Shown here: positions 1 through 9,784 of the stretch, piece after piece
Numbering within the stretch: position 1 is the stretch's first letter
Layout of the letters: each line of letters starts with the position of its first letter
Source of the DNA: an uncultured delta proteobacterium
Lineage (GTDB): Bacteria; Desulfobacterota; Desulfobacteria; Desulfobacterales; B30-G6
Assembly: GCA_963823335.1 (NCBI GenBank)
Contig: CAWGLD010000008.1
Coordinates: forward strand, 32,001 to 96,000
DNA length: 64,000 bases
Direction of reading: 5' to 3'
Translations under genes and position numbers: made by a program
Notes under the pieces: generated by a model
Seen by the model: only the letters and a program-made list of their open reading frames with translations
What the model was told of the DNA's origin: nothing
Databases searched by the model: none

Positions 1-1
1 G

Positions 2-871
2 CCGATAGATGAAGCGGAGCTGAAAAACGCTCTTCTGGAGCTTAAAAAACGGATAAAGCTGGGATCCCCGGTCATGGAACATAAACAGCAACGTATGGGC
101 CGGGTCATCAATGTGATGGGCGCCAAAGGAGGCGTGGGGACCACCACCCTGGCAGTCAACCTGGCCATGACACTGGCGGGAAAAAAGGAGGCCGGTTCTG
201 TAGCTCTCCTGGACCTGAACATGGTGTTCGGTGAGATTCCCCTTTTTTTGTCCATTACACCCGCGTATCACTGGGGTCAGATCGTGGAAAATATAAACCG
301 GCTGGACAATACCTTTCTTTTGAGTGTGATGACCCGTCACAACTCCGGTGTGCACATACTGCCATCGACGAGCCATCTGAACGGTTATCCACCGTTGACG
401 CCCCAAATCATGGACCGCATCTTAGCTACCATGAAAAAAACCTTTGATTTCATCGTCGTAGACGCCGGCCAATCCCTGGACGGCCCGACACTGAAGACGA
501 TCGAAATGGCAGAAATGAATTTTCTGGTTACACTTTTAAATCTGCCCTGCCTGCACAACACAAACAACCTGCTCAAATCTCTATCCAGTCTAGGCCTGGC
601 CCAGAAAGACCGGGTAAAACTGGTGGCCAACCGGTATTTGAAAAATAACGATATTGCGGTCGCAGAAGCGGAGGAAAGTGTGCAAAGCGAAATTTTCTGG
701 ACCATCCCCAACGATTACAAGACCACCATGTCGGCCATCAACAGGGGCAAACCCCTGTTCGAGATTGCCCCCAAAGCAAAAATAACCAAAAAGATCGATG
801 GACTGGTGGAAACCCTCCTGCAGGGGGACCGGGAGATAAAGAAAAAAGGGTGGTTCTTCAGTAAAAGATGA
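2..871 (+). CDS. cpaE: Flp/Tad pilus assembly ATPase-like protein CpaE/TadZ (5'-partial)
   Basis: Deviant Walker A GAKGGVGTTT and a MinD/ParA-like body; directly precedes CpaF. The frame is open from position 2 (PIDEAELKNALLELKKR...), so the true start lies upstream of the window. Confidence 0.85.
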   Translation, partial: PIDEAELKNALLELKKRIKLGSPVMEHKQQRMGRVINVMGAKGGVGTTTLAVNLAMTLAGKKEAGSVALLDLNMVFGEIPLFLSITPAYHWGQIVENINRLDNTFLLSVMTRHNSGVHILPSTSHLNGYPPLTPQIMDRILATMKKTFDFIVVDAGQSLDGPTLKTIEMAEMNFLVTLLNLPCLHNTNNLLKSLSSLGLAQKDRVKLVANRYLKNNDIAVAEAEESVQSEIFWTIPNDYKTTMSAINRGKPLFEIAPKAKITKKIDGLVETLLQGDREIKKKGWFFSKR

Positions 872-932
872 GTGGCTCAAGCATGCCATACACACGTCAT
901 AAACCTTTAGGAACGACGGAGAAAAGAAAACA

Positions 933-2276
933 ATGATGGCTTCCGAAATACAACACGATGGATTGTCGCACGAAGATAATACCGGATTTTTATCCGATGA
1001 GTATTTTGATTTAAAAAGCCGCATTCACGACCGCCTGGTAGACGTGCTGGATTTGAGCAAAATGGAACGTGTGGATCCTGTCTTACTCAAACCCGAGTTG
1101 CGCAAGGTCGTGGACAAGATACTCCGGGAAGATTTCCAGTCGCTTCCTCTAAATGCCTTTGAAAGAGAGCGGCTGTACACCGAAATCATGGATGAAGTTC
1201 TGGGTTTTGGCCCTCTGGAACCATTACTCCAGGACCCAACGGTTTCGGATATCCTGGTCAACACGTACAAGCGAATTTATGTTGAACGCTTCGGCAAACT
1301 GGAAAACACCATTGCACGCTTCAAGGACGACGCCCACCTGAGAAGAATCATCGACAAGATCGTGACCGCCGTGGGTCGACGTATCGACGAATCCTCTCCC
1401 ATGGTGGACGCCAGGCTGATGGACGGCTCGCGGGTCAACGCCATCATCCCGCCCCTGGCCCTGGATGGACCCATCCTTTCCATTCGGCGATTTTCCGTAG
1501 ACCCCCTGGAAATGGAAGATTTGATTCAATTCAGAACACTGATTCCCCAGATCGGTGAATTGCTGCAGGGTATCGTCAAATCACGGCTCAACATTCTGAT
1601 CTCCGGCGGCACGGGCAGCGGAAAAACCACGGTCCTGAATGTACTTTCGCGATTTATTCCCGCCGGGGAGCGTATCGTCACCATCGAAGACTCGGCGGAA
1701 CTGCAGCTCAAGCAACGGCACGTGGTGCGGCTCGAGACCCGGCCCGCGAACATAGAAGGCAAGGGAATGGTTACCCAACGGGACCTGGTCATCAACAGCC
1801 TGAGAATGCGGCCCGACCGGATCATCGTGGGTGAGGTGCGCGGCCAGGAAGCCTTTGATATGCTCCAGGCCATGAACACCGGTCACGATGGCTCCTTGAC
1901 CACCATCCATGCCAATTCGCCCCGGGACGCGCTCATGCGTCTGGAGACCATGGTGGCCATGGCCAACTTCGATATTCCCAGTGAATTTTTAAGACGCTTC
2001 ATCAGTTCGGCCATTGACGTGGTCCTTCATCTGGCCCGGTTGACGGACGGCTCGCGCAAGGTGATGAGTCTCCAGGAGATCACAGGCATGGAGGGTAACA
2101 CCATCACCACCCAGGAAATTTTCTCCTTCCAGCAAAAGGGTATCGATCAGGAAGGCAAGGTCAGGGGCCGCTTCATTTTTGGCGGCGTGCGGCCGAAGTT
2201 CATGGAACGTTTCAGGGCGGCGGGTATCAGGTTGTCGCCGGACCTGTTCGATCCATCCAATTCAATTGAGGTTTGA
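933..2276 (+). CDS. cpaF: Flp/Tad pilus assembly ATPase CpaF/TadA
   Basis: [32 protein letters not shown] and MNTGHDGS motifs typical of CpaF/TadA. Confidence 0.95.
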   Translation: MMASEIQHDGLSHEDNTGFLSDEYFDLKSRIHDRLVDVLDLSKMERVDPVLLKPELRKVVDKILREDFQSLPLNAFERERLYTEIMDEVLGFGPLEPLLQDPTVSDILVNTYKRIYVERFGKLENTIARFKDDAHLRRIIDKIVTAVGRRIDESSPMVDARLMDGSRVNAIIPPLALDGPILSIRRFSVDPLEMEDLIQFRTLIPQIGELLQGIVKSRLNILISGGTGSGKTTVLNVLSRFIPAGERIVTIEDSAELQLKQRHVVRLETRPANIEGKGMVTQRDLVINSLRMRPDRIIVGEVRGQEAFDMLQAMNTGHDGSLTTIHANSPRDALMRLETMVAMANFDIPSEFLRRFISSAIDVVLHLARLTDGSRKVMSLQEITGMEGNTITTQEIFSFQQKGIDQEGKVRGRFIFGGVRPKFMERFRAAGIRLSPDLFDPSNSIEV

Positions 2277-2294
2277 TTCAAAAAGGAGCATGAA

Positions 2295-3265
2295 ATGTTC
2301 ATCTGGCTGTTGGGAACGGTAATATTTATTCAGATTCTCCTGATCATTGAACTTCTTTTATACGCCATTCGCATGTTCAGATACCCGGACCGTGCAGAAG
2401 TGCGCAAAAGACTGAAGAACAGCCTAATTACGGCGCCCGATGCTGAAGACGTTGATATTACAAAGAATAAAGTTTTCAGCGACATTCCTTTCTTAAATCA
2501 ATTCATCGTTGCCGTTCCAGGTGTTGCACGTCTGGATTTGCTGATGCGTCAGGCCAATGTGAAATACACCATGGGCTTTTTCATTCTGCTCAGCACGACT
2601 CTGGGATTCACGGGATACCTGGTGATCTTTATTCTGATCGGAAATCCGCTCATATCGCTATATCCCTGGCTTTGGTCGCGGCAACCATTCCATACCTGTC
2701 CCTCAGGATGAAAAAAAATAAAAGGACAGACCGTTTTGAAAAACAGCTTCCCGAAGGATTAGAACTGATCGCCAGGGCTCTGCGGGCCGGTCATGCCTTT
2801 ACAAGCGGTATGAAGTTGGCTGCCGAGGAATTTCCGGATCCGCTTGGACCTGAATTCGATGAAACCCTTGATGAAATCAATTTCGGTGTAAACGTCTCGG
2901 ACGCCTTGAAGCACCTTGCCCGACGTGTGGACTGCCCTGACCTGAGTTTCTTTGTGGTCGCCGTGATCCTGCAACGCGAAACCGGAGGCAACCTGTCCGA
3001 GATCATTGAAAACCTGGCCCATCTTATGCGGGAGCGATTCAGATTCCGGGGGAAAATTAGAATTCTATCCGCTGAAGGACGCTTAACAGGGAAAATTCTA
3101 GTCGCTATTCCGGTACTTCTCTTTATAGCAATGTATTCACTAAATCGGGATTATGCTGCAATTCTAATACACGACCCCGCCGGACGGATGACCGTTGGTA
3201 TTTCGGTATTGTTGATCTTGGCCGGGTTGGTTTGGATGAAACGGGTTCTAAAACTGGATGTTTAA
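2295..3265 (+). pseudogene. tadB: TadB (T2SS F-family) split by a frameshift near 2652-2667
   Basis: N-terminal part 2295-~2660 and C-terminal T2SSF part (QLPEGLELIARALRAGH, QRETGGNLSE, SAEGR) are in different frames. An imperfect 8-nt duplication (atatcgct/atatccct) lies at the junction. Confidence 0.8.
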
Positions 3266-3283
3266 TTGGCTTGGGTGATCGAT

Positions 3284-4254
3284 ATGCTTTTTACAAATGA
3301 GTATTTTCCGATAATATTTGCCTCTCTATCATTTGTGGTATTTTGTTTACTTTTCCTGGGCATTGCCCTGTCGCTGAACAGTGCGCGCCACCGACGCGAA
3401 ATACGCAATAAAATACGTTCTGAGGATCCGGATTGGACGGAAGGTGGCAAGGAATCATCGTCCATAGAAATGGACGACGGGTCTGGCAATGCTTTCACGC
3501 AGTTCCTCAGCGTTGTCGGCTCGAAGATCAATACTCGGCCGGTCAGGAGACGACGGGGAGATAAAGCTCAAGTTCCTTCGGGCCGGCCTGCGCGGAAGCA
3601 ATATTCCTGCCATATTCTGGGGGACAAAGGTGCTTCTGGCAGTCACCCTGACCATGGCCTTTGTTATAATCGTAGTTATTTTTTTCCCGGCCATAAAATC
3701 AAGCCATCTGCTAATGGGTATCATATCTTTCACCTTGATGGGGTTAATGTTGCCGGATATCTGGCTGCGCTCGAAAACAACCCGAAGGAAAGAAAAAATC
3801 AGTAGAGCCTTTCCCGACGCCCTTGATTTACTGGTGGTCTGCGTGGAAGCCGGCATGGGCATGGACGCGGCCATCAGCCGTGTCGGCAAGGAGTTGGAAC
3901 TGAACCATCCCGTGTTGAGCCGTGAACTGCATTTGCTGAACCTGGAGTTGAGAGCCGGAAAACCCCGGCCGATTGCTTTGAGAAATCTGGCGTATAGAAC
4001 CGACATCGATGATGTGAACAGCCTGGTGACCCTGCTGATTCAAACCGACCGGTTTGGCACCAGCGTGGCACAGGCACTGAGGGTGTATGCGGACACTTTC
4101 AGGACAGCCCGTTTCCAAAAGGCGGAAGAATTGGCCGCGAAATTATCCACCAAGCTGATATTCCCCCTGGCTGTCTGTATTTTTCCTTCATTTTTTGTCG
4201 TTGCGCTCGGACCTGCGTTAATACAGGCTGTATCGAATGCTTAATCAGGGATAA
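3284..4254 (+). pseudogene. tadC: TadC (T2SS F-family), frameshifted near 3530 and probably near 4230
   Basis: Likely ATG at 3284. The C-terminal frame has FPDALDLLVVCVEAGMG, QTDRFGTS and KLIFPL. Removing one base near 3530 joins the halves; removing G4230 gives the ending QAYRMLNQG-stop at 4254. Confidence 0.75.
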
Positions 4255-4282
4255 CGCTTAACCAAAAGGAGTTATACTTTCC

Positions 4283-5260
4283 ATGAAAACACGACATAAT
4301 ACAATTTCTACAATGACCTGCGCTGTCCTTTTATCGCTGTTGATTGGCGGCATGGTAACCGGCTGCGCAACAACCGGCAACATGAAACAAGACAACCCAG
4401 GCTTCGATGGCATGAAACAGCTGAACGATCAGAAGCAAAAGGAACTTGCCGAAGACCCGGCCCTGAATCTTAAGCTTCCGGATATGACCGCAGAAGAACA
4501 CGAGGCCCTGGGGGACCGTTACCAGAACAAAAAAGACCATGCCATGGCCTTTGTGCAGTATGAAAAGTCCCTGGCTCTCGATCCGGACAATCAGCGCGTT
4601 CAATACAAGCAGGGCATGCTTTTTATAGAAACCGGTAAGTACACGGAGGCGGCAGCATCCTTTCAAACGGTTTTGAAAAAAGAACCGCGTCAGGCAGACG
4701 CCCGTGAGGGGTTGGGCATCGCCTTTTTAAAATTGAAAGAATATGACAAGGCCGAAAAGCAATTCCTCACGGCCGTCGCCTGGGAACCGGGGCGTTGGAA
4801 ATCCCGCAACTATCTAGGATCTATCTACGATCATGAAAAAAAATACGACAAGGCCATCGAACAGTACCAAAAAGCCATTCGTTTCAGACCGACTGATGGT
4901 GTATTGTACAACAATCTGGGGGTTTCGCTATCACTGGCAGGCCGCTATGATGAGTCTGTCAAGGCTTTGATGCAGGCCCTTGAGAATGATGGGCCCAAAG
5001 AAAAGATTTATAACAATTTAGGCATTGTATTGGCCAAAAGTGGTCGCTATCCCGCCGCACTGGATGCCTTTACGAAAGCATCCGACAGCGCAAAAGCTTA
5101 CAATAATTTAGGCTGCATGTACATGGCAGACGGCAGGTACCAAAAAGCGAGCGAAGCTTTAGAAAAGGCCATTGCGCTGAGCCCGAAATTTTACACCCTG
5201 GCGAATGAAAACCTGAAAAAGGTTCAGTTGAAAGACGCTGTTCAGCAAGCGGAAAAATAA
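4283..5260 (+). CDS. TPR lipoprotein, TadD-like pilus assembly protein
   Basis: Signal peptide with lipobox VTG-C; multiple TPRs (YNNLG repeats); follows tadC. Confidence 0.8.
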   Translation: MKTRHNTISTMTCAVLLSLLIGGMVTGCATTGNMKQDNPGFDGMKQLNDQKQKELAEDPALNLKLPDMTAEEHEALGDRYQNKKDHAMAFVQYEKSLALDPDNQRVQYKQGMLFIETGKYTEAAASFQTVLKKEPRQADAREGLGIAFLKLKEYDKAEKQFLTAVAWEPGRWKSRNYLGSIYDHEKKYDKAIEQYQKAIRFRPTDGVLYNNLGVSLSLAGRYDESVKALMQALENDGPKEKIYNNLGIVLAKSGRYPAALDAFTKASDSAKAYNNLGCMYMADGRYQKASEALEKAIALSPKFYTLANENLKKVQLKDAVQQAEK

Positions 5261-5320
5261 CGAGACGACTACACTATTTTACAACACTGAGCGGACAAAC
5301 CGTTCGGTAAAAAAGGATTC

Positions 5321-6595
5321 ATGGTGGTCAATATGTCTTATCCCACAGAGAAATTAAAAAGAACGCCTCAAGCGGAGAATTCAAATGATGCGACTGCCGA
5401 CGTCCAGACAGCGCCGGACCTGTCACCCCGCGCAACCACCCAGGTACTTCAACTATCTGCCGCCATCCTCAAACGGTCTGACAGGCTTGCGTTGGTGTCG
5501 ACGCTGGGTTTGCTTGCGGTCTGGCTGATCGGCCGTGTAATGGAGACCCTGCATGGCAAAATGGTATTCGACATGACCTTGACATATTGGCTGGGCCTGG
5601 TCATTTACATCCTCATTGCAATTTGGGCCATCGGTTTCGTCATTTCGGCCTCTGATGATCTACGCACGGCACGCCAAAAGAAACTTGCCATCCTGTGCTG
5701 GCTTTTTCTTATGTCCCTGGTCGCCACATTACTTGTGAGTTTCAAAGGATATCGGATCTCATCCGGGGGCCTGCTCGCCACAATTGCCGGCTCGCAGGAA
5801 CCGTCGGAAATGGCGATCTTTCTGCTGTTTAAATATCATTACATGAACCCCCTTCTGGCATTGAACCTGGTAGCTGCAAAAATCACGGGGCTGTCATGGG
5901 GTGTGGCGTCCTTCGCGCCCTTTGTATGGAGTTGGAATGTCCTGCTGGGCTTTTTTATCTGGAGCGTTGCTTATGGGATCTTGCTTTTATTGCGCAAAGG
6001 CAGGCAGGGCATGAAAAATATCTACCTTGTGTTTTCAGCCTTTGGCCTGATTGGGCTGATGATTCTCAAATCGGCGTCCTCTCCGACCATAGAACAAATG
6101 ATCATGATCCAGGCTGCTGCAACTATTCTCATAGTGGCTCAAGTGCTTTTGGCTTATACGACCCTGCGGGAGATCGCCGCGGGCCCTTCCGACCCTGACC
6201 AAAAAACCGTCGACACATTAAATGATTGGCCGCCGAAAAAAGACCAGGCCCCTGACAAGCGATTCGCCGGTCTTCCTCCATCAGCGGTAAAATTGGTCCT
6301 GGTGCTGTTTTTCGCGATACCCTTGATTGCCGATATGAGCAATCAGTTTCTTACGGCTTCATCCTCCAAGCGGATTTATCACCAGATAACCATGGATGCG
6401 GACAGTCCGGAAACCGGTTTTACAGCGGTTACGGCCATGAGTATCCGCAGTGGCCCAACCCATGGAGATGAGTTAATCGGCATTTTACCCAAGGGTTCTC
6501 ATATACAGGTAGGGGATAAGCGAAACGGCTGGGTAGAAATAGGTGAAAACAAATGGATCCAGGAGAAATTTATAAGACCGCCACAGGGCAAATAA
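5321..6595 (+). CDS. Polytopic membrane protein with a C-terminal SH3b-like domain
   Basis: About 8 hydrophobic segments; C-terminus (MSIRSGP...IGILPKG...NGWVEIG..KWI) matches the bacterial SH3 pattern. Confidence 0.6.
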   Translation: MVVNMSYPTEKLKRTPQAENSNDATADVQTAPDLSPRATTQVLQLSAAILKRSDRLALVSTLGLLAVWLIGRVMETLHGKMVFDMTLTYWLGLVIYILIAIWAIGFVISASDDLRTARQKKLAILCWLFLMSLVATLLVSFKGYRISSGGLLATIAGSQEPSEMAIFLLFKYHYMNPLLALNLVAAKITGLSWGVASFAPFVWSWNVLLGFFIWSVAYGILLLLRKGRQGMKNIYLVFSAFGLIGLMILKSASSPTIEQMIMIQAAATILIVAQVLLAYTTLREIAAGPSDPDQKTVDTLNDWPPKKDQAPDKRFAGLPPSAVKLVLVLFFAIPLIADMSNQFLTASSSKRIYHQITMDADSPETGFTAVTAMSIRSGPTHGDELIGILPKGSHIQVGDKRNGWVEIGENKWIQEKFIRPPQGK

Positions 6596-6635
6596 CAAAA
6601 GCGGGACCAAGGATAACGTATCATTCTCATATGGT

Positions 6636-7589
6636 ATGCATCGCATAAACAGGATGTCTATATTTAGATGGTTTCTTTTCATATATTTGTTTTTATCGCC
6701 TTTATTTTGGGTGTGCGCCCATGGCGAACAGCTTTTGCTAACTGCAGAAATGAAAAAGGCGTATGACCCTGAAATCGGCCAAGAGAGCCTTGTTCCAAGC
6801 AACTACATCAAGCTTTATGATCCTGAAAAAGGAATCCTGGTTCTAACACCTGCCTATCTTGTCTCCCGTTACGATCCTGAAACCAATTCTATGAAGCTGG
6901 TCCCTAAAGATTATGTAAGGGTGTTTGATCCCGAGCTGGAGATCGAACGCTGGGTATCGCCCGAAATGGGCCGTAGATATGATCCGGAAACAGGTGCTAC
7001 AGGGCTTCGCAGGAAAGACAGCCGAAAAATGGTTGACCCGGAAACCGGTACTGAAAAGCTGGTGGCTAAAAGTTCAACCGTGGTGGTTGATTCTCTCGGA
7101 AACAAGGTGGGAGAAATCAACGTCATGGGTTACCAGAACACCTATGACCCTGAAAAAGGATATCAGGTGCTTTCTCTAGAAAATCAGAAAAGGATGTATG
7201 ATCCGGAATTCGGTGGTTACCGTCTAACCCCTGATAATTATGTCCAGATATATGATCCGGAGTCAGGAACCTTCGTGTTGAGACCCGAAAATTACAGGCC
7301 CGTGTATGACCCTGAATCGGGTTCCAATAAACTCATGCCTAAAAATTACGTTAAACGCTACGACTCCCAAACGGGAAAGGAAACGCTCGTTCCTGATTTC
7401 TATGAACGCAAATATGATCCTGAACTCGGTGCTTACCGGCTTGTGCCAAAGGATTATAAACGGATTTATGATCCCCAAAAGGGCTACGAAGTTTTGTTGG
7501 GTGGTGCCTATACGACCATTGTTGATGAACTGGGAAATGAAATCAAGCGTGTGAAAAACAGCGATCTCTTGAAAGACGGCACGCAATAG
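6636..7589 (+). CDS. Exported hypothetical protein made of 18-aa YDPE tandem repeats
   Basis: Hydrophobic N-terminus (start may be 6654); 13 [YFV]D[PS][EQ]xG units at an 18-residue period. Confidence 0.75.
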   Translation: MHRINRMSIFRWFLFIYLFLSPLFWVCAHGEQLLLTAEMKKAYDPEIGQESLVPSNYIKLYDPEKGILVLTPAYLVSRYDPETNSMKLVPKDYVRVFDPELEIERWVSPEMGRRYDPETGATGLRRKDSRKMVDPETGTEKLVAKSSTVVVDSLGNKVGEINVMGYQNTYDPEKGYQVLSLENQKRMYDPEFGGYRLTPDNYVQIYDPESGTFVLRPENYRPVYDPESGSNKLMPKNYVKRYDSQTGKETLVPDFYERKYDPELGAYRLVPKDYKRIYDPQKGYEVLLGGAYTTIVDELGNEIKRVKNSDLLKDGTQ

Positions 7590-7614
7590 GTTTTCCAATT
7601 GAAAAGCGCTTTTT

Positions 7615-8127
7615 TTATGGTGAGATTGAAGACGCCTCGTCTACACATTCTTTAACTTTCTCAAGCGCTTTGTTAGAGCCTCTAAGACTGAATAATAATT
7701 TTTCATGTTCACCTTCAACAACCAAGCTGTTGCCAAGACGTAATTTATTAAAGACATCCTCTCGATTCCCAAGATCAATTTGCAGAGAGGTTTCATCGGT
7801 TGTTGTGGCAAAAAAACGCCCCAGGTCATTACCATCGATTAAGAGGCTGACTTCATGGTTGCGATCTGAGGATAATTCCCAAGATTCTTTTACAAGTAAT
7901 AAACTTATTTCATTTGCATCTGTCAATGCAATCGCTAATACAACCCCGCTTTCATAAGCTGTTGCCATATGGCAATGTGAAAATGAACCATCCGCCAATC
8001 GATATGCACCGCCTGCCCAGTCGCCATATGAAAAAGTATAGAGCTCTTCAAGATCATCAGAAATCGATTGTCCAGCAAAAGCGAACAGTATGGCAAACAA
8101 GTATATCAGGGTTCTCTTGCATTTCAT
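7615..8127 (-). CDS. Exported hypothetical protein
   Basis: ATG at 8127 (MKCKRTLIYLFAILFAFAGQS is signal-like); no family recognised with confidence. Confidence 0.55.
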   Translation of the reverse strand: MKCKRTLIYLFAILFAFAGQSISDDLEELYTFSYGDWAGGAYRLADGSFSHCHMATAYESGVVLAIALTDANEISLLLVKESWELSSDRNHEVSLLIDGNDLGRFFATTTDETSLQIDLGNREDVFNKLRLGNSLVVEGEHEKLLFSLRGSNKALEKVKECVDEASSISP

Positions 8128-8170
8128 GGTAAACACCCCTTGGCGTAAGTGGTTTGTAGAAGGACTTTTA

Positions 8171-8403
8171 GGATCTTCTCCCAATTATTTGGGAGAAAGG
8201 GTTCAAGGAGTCCAGGATTCAAGGGTTCAAGTGTTTGTTTTCCAGGGATTTGATCATCGCTTTTAGCATTCTCTCTACATCCCCACCTTTAACTCTTTAT
8301 AATTCTTAAGCATTTAGCTGATGCCTCACTTCATCTCACTCGAAACCTGGACCCCTGGAATCCTTGAATCCTTAATTTGGATCAACTCTTTGGGAGATGA
8401 TCC
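8171..8403. mobile_element. Non-autonomous TIR element, copy 1, with a four-helix-bundle gene remnant
   Basis: Ends GGATCTTCTCCCAA / TTGGGAGATGATCC; flanks gactttta / tattttta (6/8 match). Minus strand 8313-8219 encodes MLKNYKELKV fused out of frame to GDVERMLKAMIKSLENKHLNP*. Homologous to 28911-29269. Confidence 0.75.
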
Positions 8404-8512
8404 TATTTTTATTATACCCCAAGAATTAAAAAGATGTCAAAAGAAACCAATTTTTTTCCTTCTACGCTACAGCTTTGACAGATAAATTTTAAGCATCAAA
8501 ATTTATTTTGGC

Positions 8513-8542
8513 TTGACAATAATGTCTTTAACCCCATATATA
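8513..8542 (+). promoter_or_regulatory. Putative sigma70 promoter of the rpsF operon
   Basis: TTGACA at 8513-8518 and TATATA at 8537-8542. Confidence 0.55.
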
Positions 8543-8577
8543 TAGCGTTTTGATTCCGGAAGGAATCAAAACGGACA

Positions 8578-8655
8578 TAATCCTTGCTCCGGCGTGTCTC
8601 TCTCAGGATGCGCATAGCCAAATCGGCCGGGGCTTTAAACCCACAAGGAGGTACT
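8578..8655 (+). promoter_or_regulatory. rpsF leader, probable S6:S18-binding autoregulatory RNA
   Basis: TCCTTG (8581-86) can pair with CAAGGA in the SD (8644-49); inner stem GCTCCGGC/GCCGGGGC; unpaired AAACCC just before the SD. This matches the known S6:S18 leader architecture. Confidence 0.6.
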
Positions 8656-9258
8656 ATGAGAAGGTACGAACAGATCGTTATCCTCGATTCCGACCTGCCG
8701 GAAGACGAGCGCTCACCTGTATTTGACAGACTCAAAGAACTCATTCCGCAGTACAAGGGTTTCCTGATCGACATCGATGAATGGGGCACCAAAAAACTGG
8801 CCTATGACATCAAGAAAAAACCACGCGGGTTTTACGCCCAGGTCAATTTCTGTGGTTTTGGCGACCTTGTCGATGAAATGGAGCGGTTTTTCCGCATCGA
8901 CGACCGGATACTCAAGTACATGACGGTTCTGCTGGACAAAGAGGCGGATGTGGAGGCCATCAAGGCTGAAATGGCTGAAAAGAAAGCCCAGAAAGCCGAA
9001 GCAGCGGCCAAGGCTGCGGAAGAAGCGGCAGCGGCAACCGCTGCAGCAGCCGCTGCCGAAGCAGCGGCGGAAGCTGAAGCGGCGGCAACCCCCGAAGCTG
9101 AACCGGAGGCCAAAACAGCCCCGGCAGTCGAAGTGGTAGTGGAAGAGGCAGCGACCCAGGCGGCAGAGATAGAAACCGTCGAAGCTGCACCGGAGCCCGA
9201 GGAAACCCCGGCCCCTGAAAAAAAACCCACTGAATCAGCAGAAACCCCTAAGGAGTAG
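8656..9258 (+). CDS. rpsF: 30S ribosomal protein S6 with a long Ala/Glu/Pro-rich tail
   Basis: MRRYE start after AAGGAGG; DEWGTKKLAYDIKK motif. Confidence 0.95.
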   Translation: MRRYEQIVILDSDLPEDERSPVFDRLKELIPQYKGFLIDIDEWGTKKLAYDIKKKPRGFYAQVNFCGFGDLVDEMERFFRIDDRILKYMTVLLDKEADVEAIKAEMAEKKAQKAEAAAKAAEEAAAATAAAAAAEAAAEAEAAATPEAEPEAKTAPAVEVVVEEAATQAAEIETVEAAPEPEETPAPEKKPTESAETPKE

Positions 9259-9262
9259 ATAA

Positions 9263-9541
9263 ATGGCAGCCTATCACAGACAGACGCGGGACGGTAACAA
9301 CGTAAAGAAAAAAAGACGAGTTTTCCATCGCAGAAAAGTATGTCGTTTCTGCGCCGACAGCAAGATCAATATCGATTACAAGGATCAGAAGCTGTTAAAA
9401 TATTTTATTACCGAGCGGGGCAAAATTATTCCCAGAAGAATTTCCGGAACCTGTTCCAAACATCAGCGCGTATTGACCCATGCCATCAAACGGGCCCGGA
9501 CGATTGCGCTATTACCCTATGTCGGTACATTGGATTTGTAG
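9263..9541 (+). CDS. rpsR: 30S ribosomal protein S18 (Zn-binding C+ form)
   Basis: [33 protein letters not shown] motifs. Confidence 0.97.
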   Translation: MAAYHRQTRDGNNVKKKRRVFHRRKVCRFCADSKINIDYKDQKLLKYFITERGKIIPRRISGTCSKHQRVLTHAIKRARTIALLPYVGTLDL

Positions 9542-9685
9542 AAGTTATCTCAAAAAGGTCTTTTGGCCCAATCTCTGTGTTGGCTTCGCGTTTCAACTCC
9601 TCAAAATACTTAAAGTATTCCTGCGGGTTTAAACACGAAGCCGCCTTGACCTTGAGCCAAAATCCTATTTTTGAGACAACTTCTA
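9539..9685. mobile_element. MITE-like hairpin element with TA ends, at the rpsR stop codon
   Basis: Terminal IRs TAGAAGTTATCTCAAAAA / TTTTTGAGACAACTTCTA (17/18) with nested internal IRs; a solo end occurs at 43176-43192. Confidence 0.7.
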
Positions 9686-9734
9686 AACTGATGTTGTCGT
9701 CTTTAGATAAAAAGAAAGCAGGAGCCACAATAGA

Positions 9735-9775
9735 GCGACATCGTCGCGACAGATAAAATCGTAGCACGATTTTAT
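9735..9775. repeat. Double-hairpin REP-like repeat (family A), representative copy
   Basis: GCGAC-atc-GTCGC plus ATAAAATCGT-agc-ACGATTTTAT. Relatives at ~10713, 11361, 15904, 16157, 21761, 23296, 29308, 29701, 43141 and 55294. Confidence 0.7.
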
Positions 9776-9784
9776 GGAGAGAAC

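Noticed and set aside
6760-7500. 54-nt periodic DNA repeat that could be taken for a CRISPR array
   Set aside because: It lies in one open frame, varies at synonymous positions and has no cas genes nearby; it is a protein repeat.
9340-9767. ORFs 9340-9756+ and 9486-9767-
   Set aside because: They run through rpsR and the MITE/REP repeats, with no coding signature.
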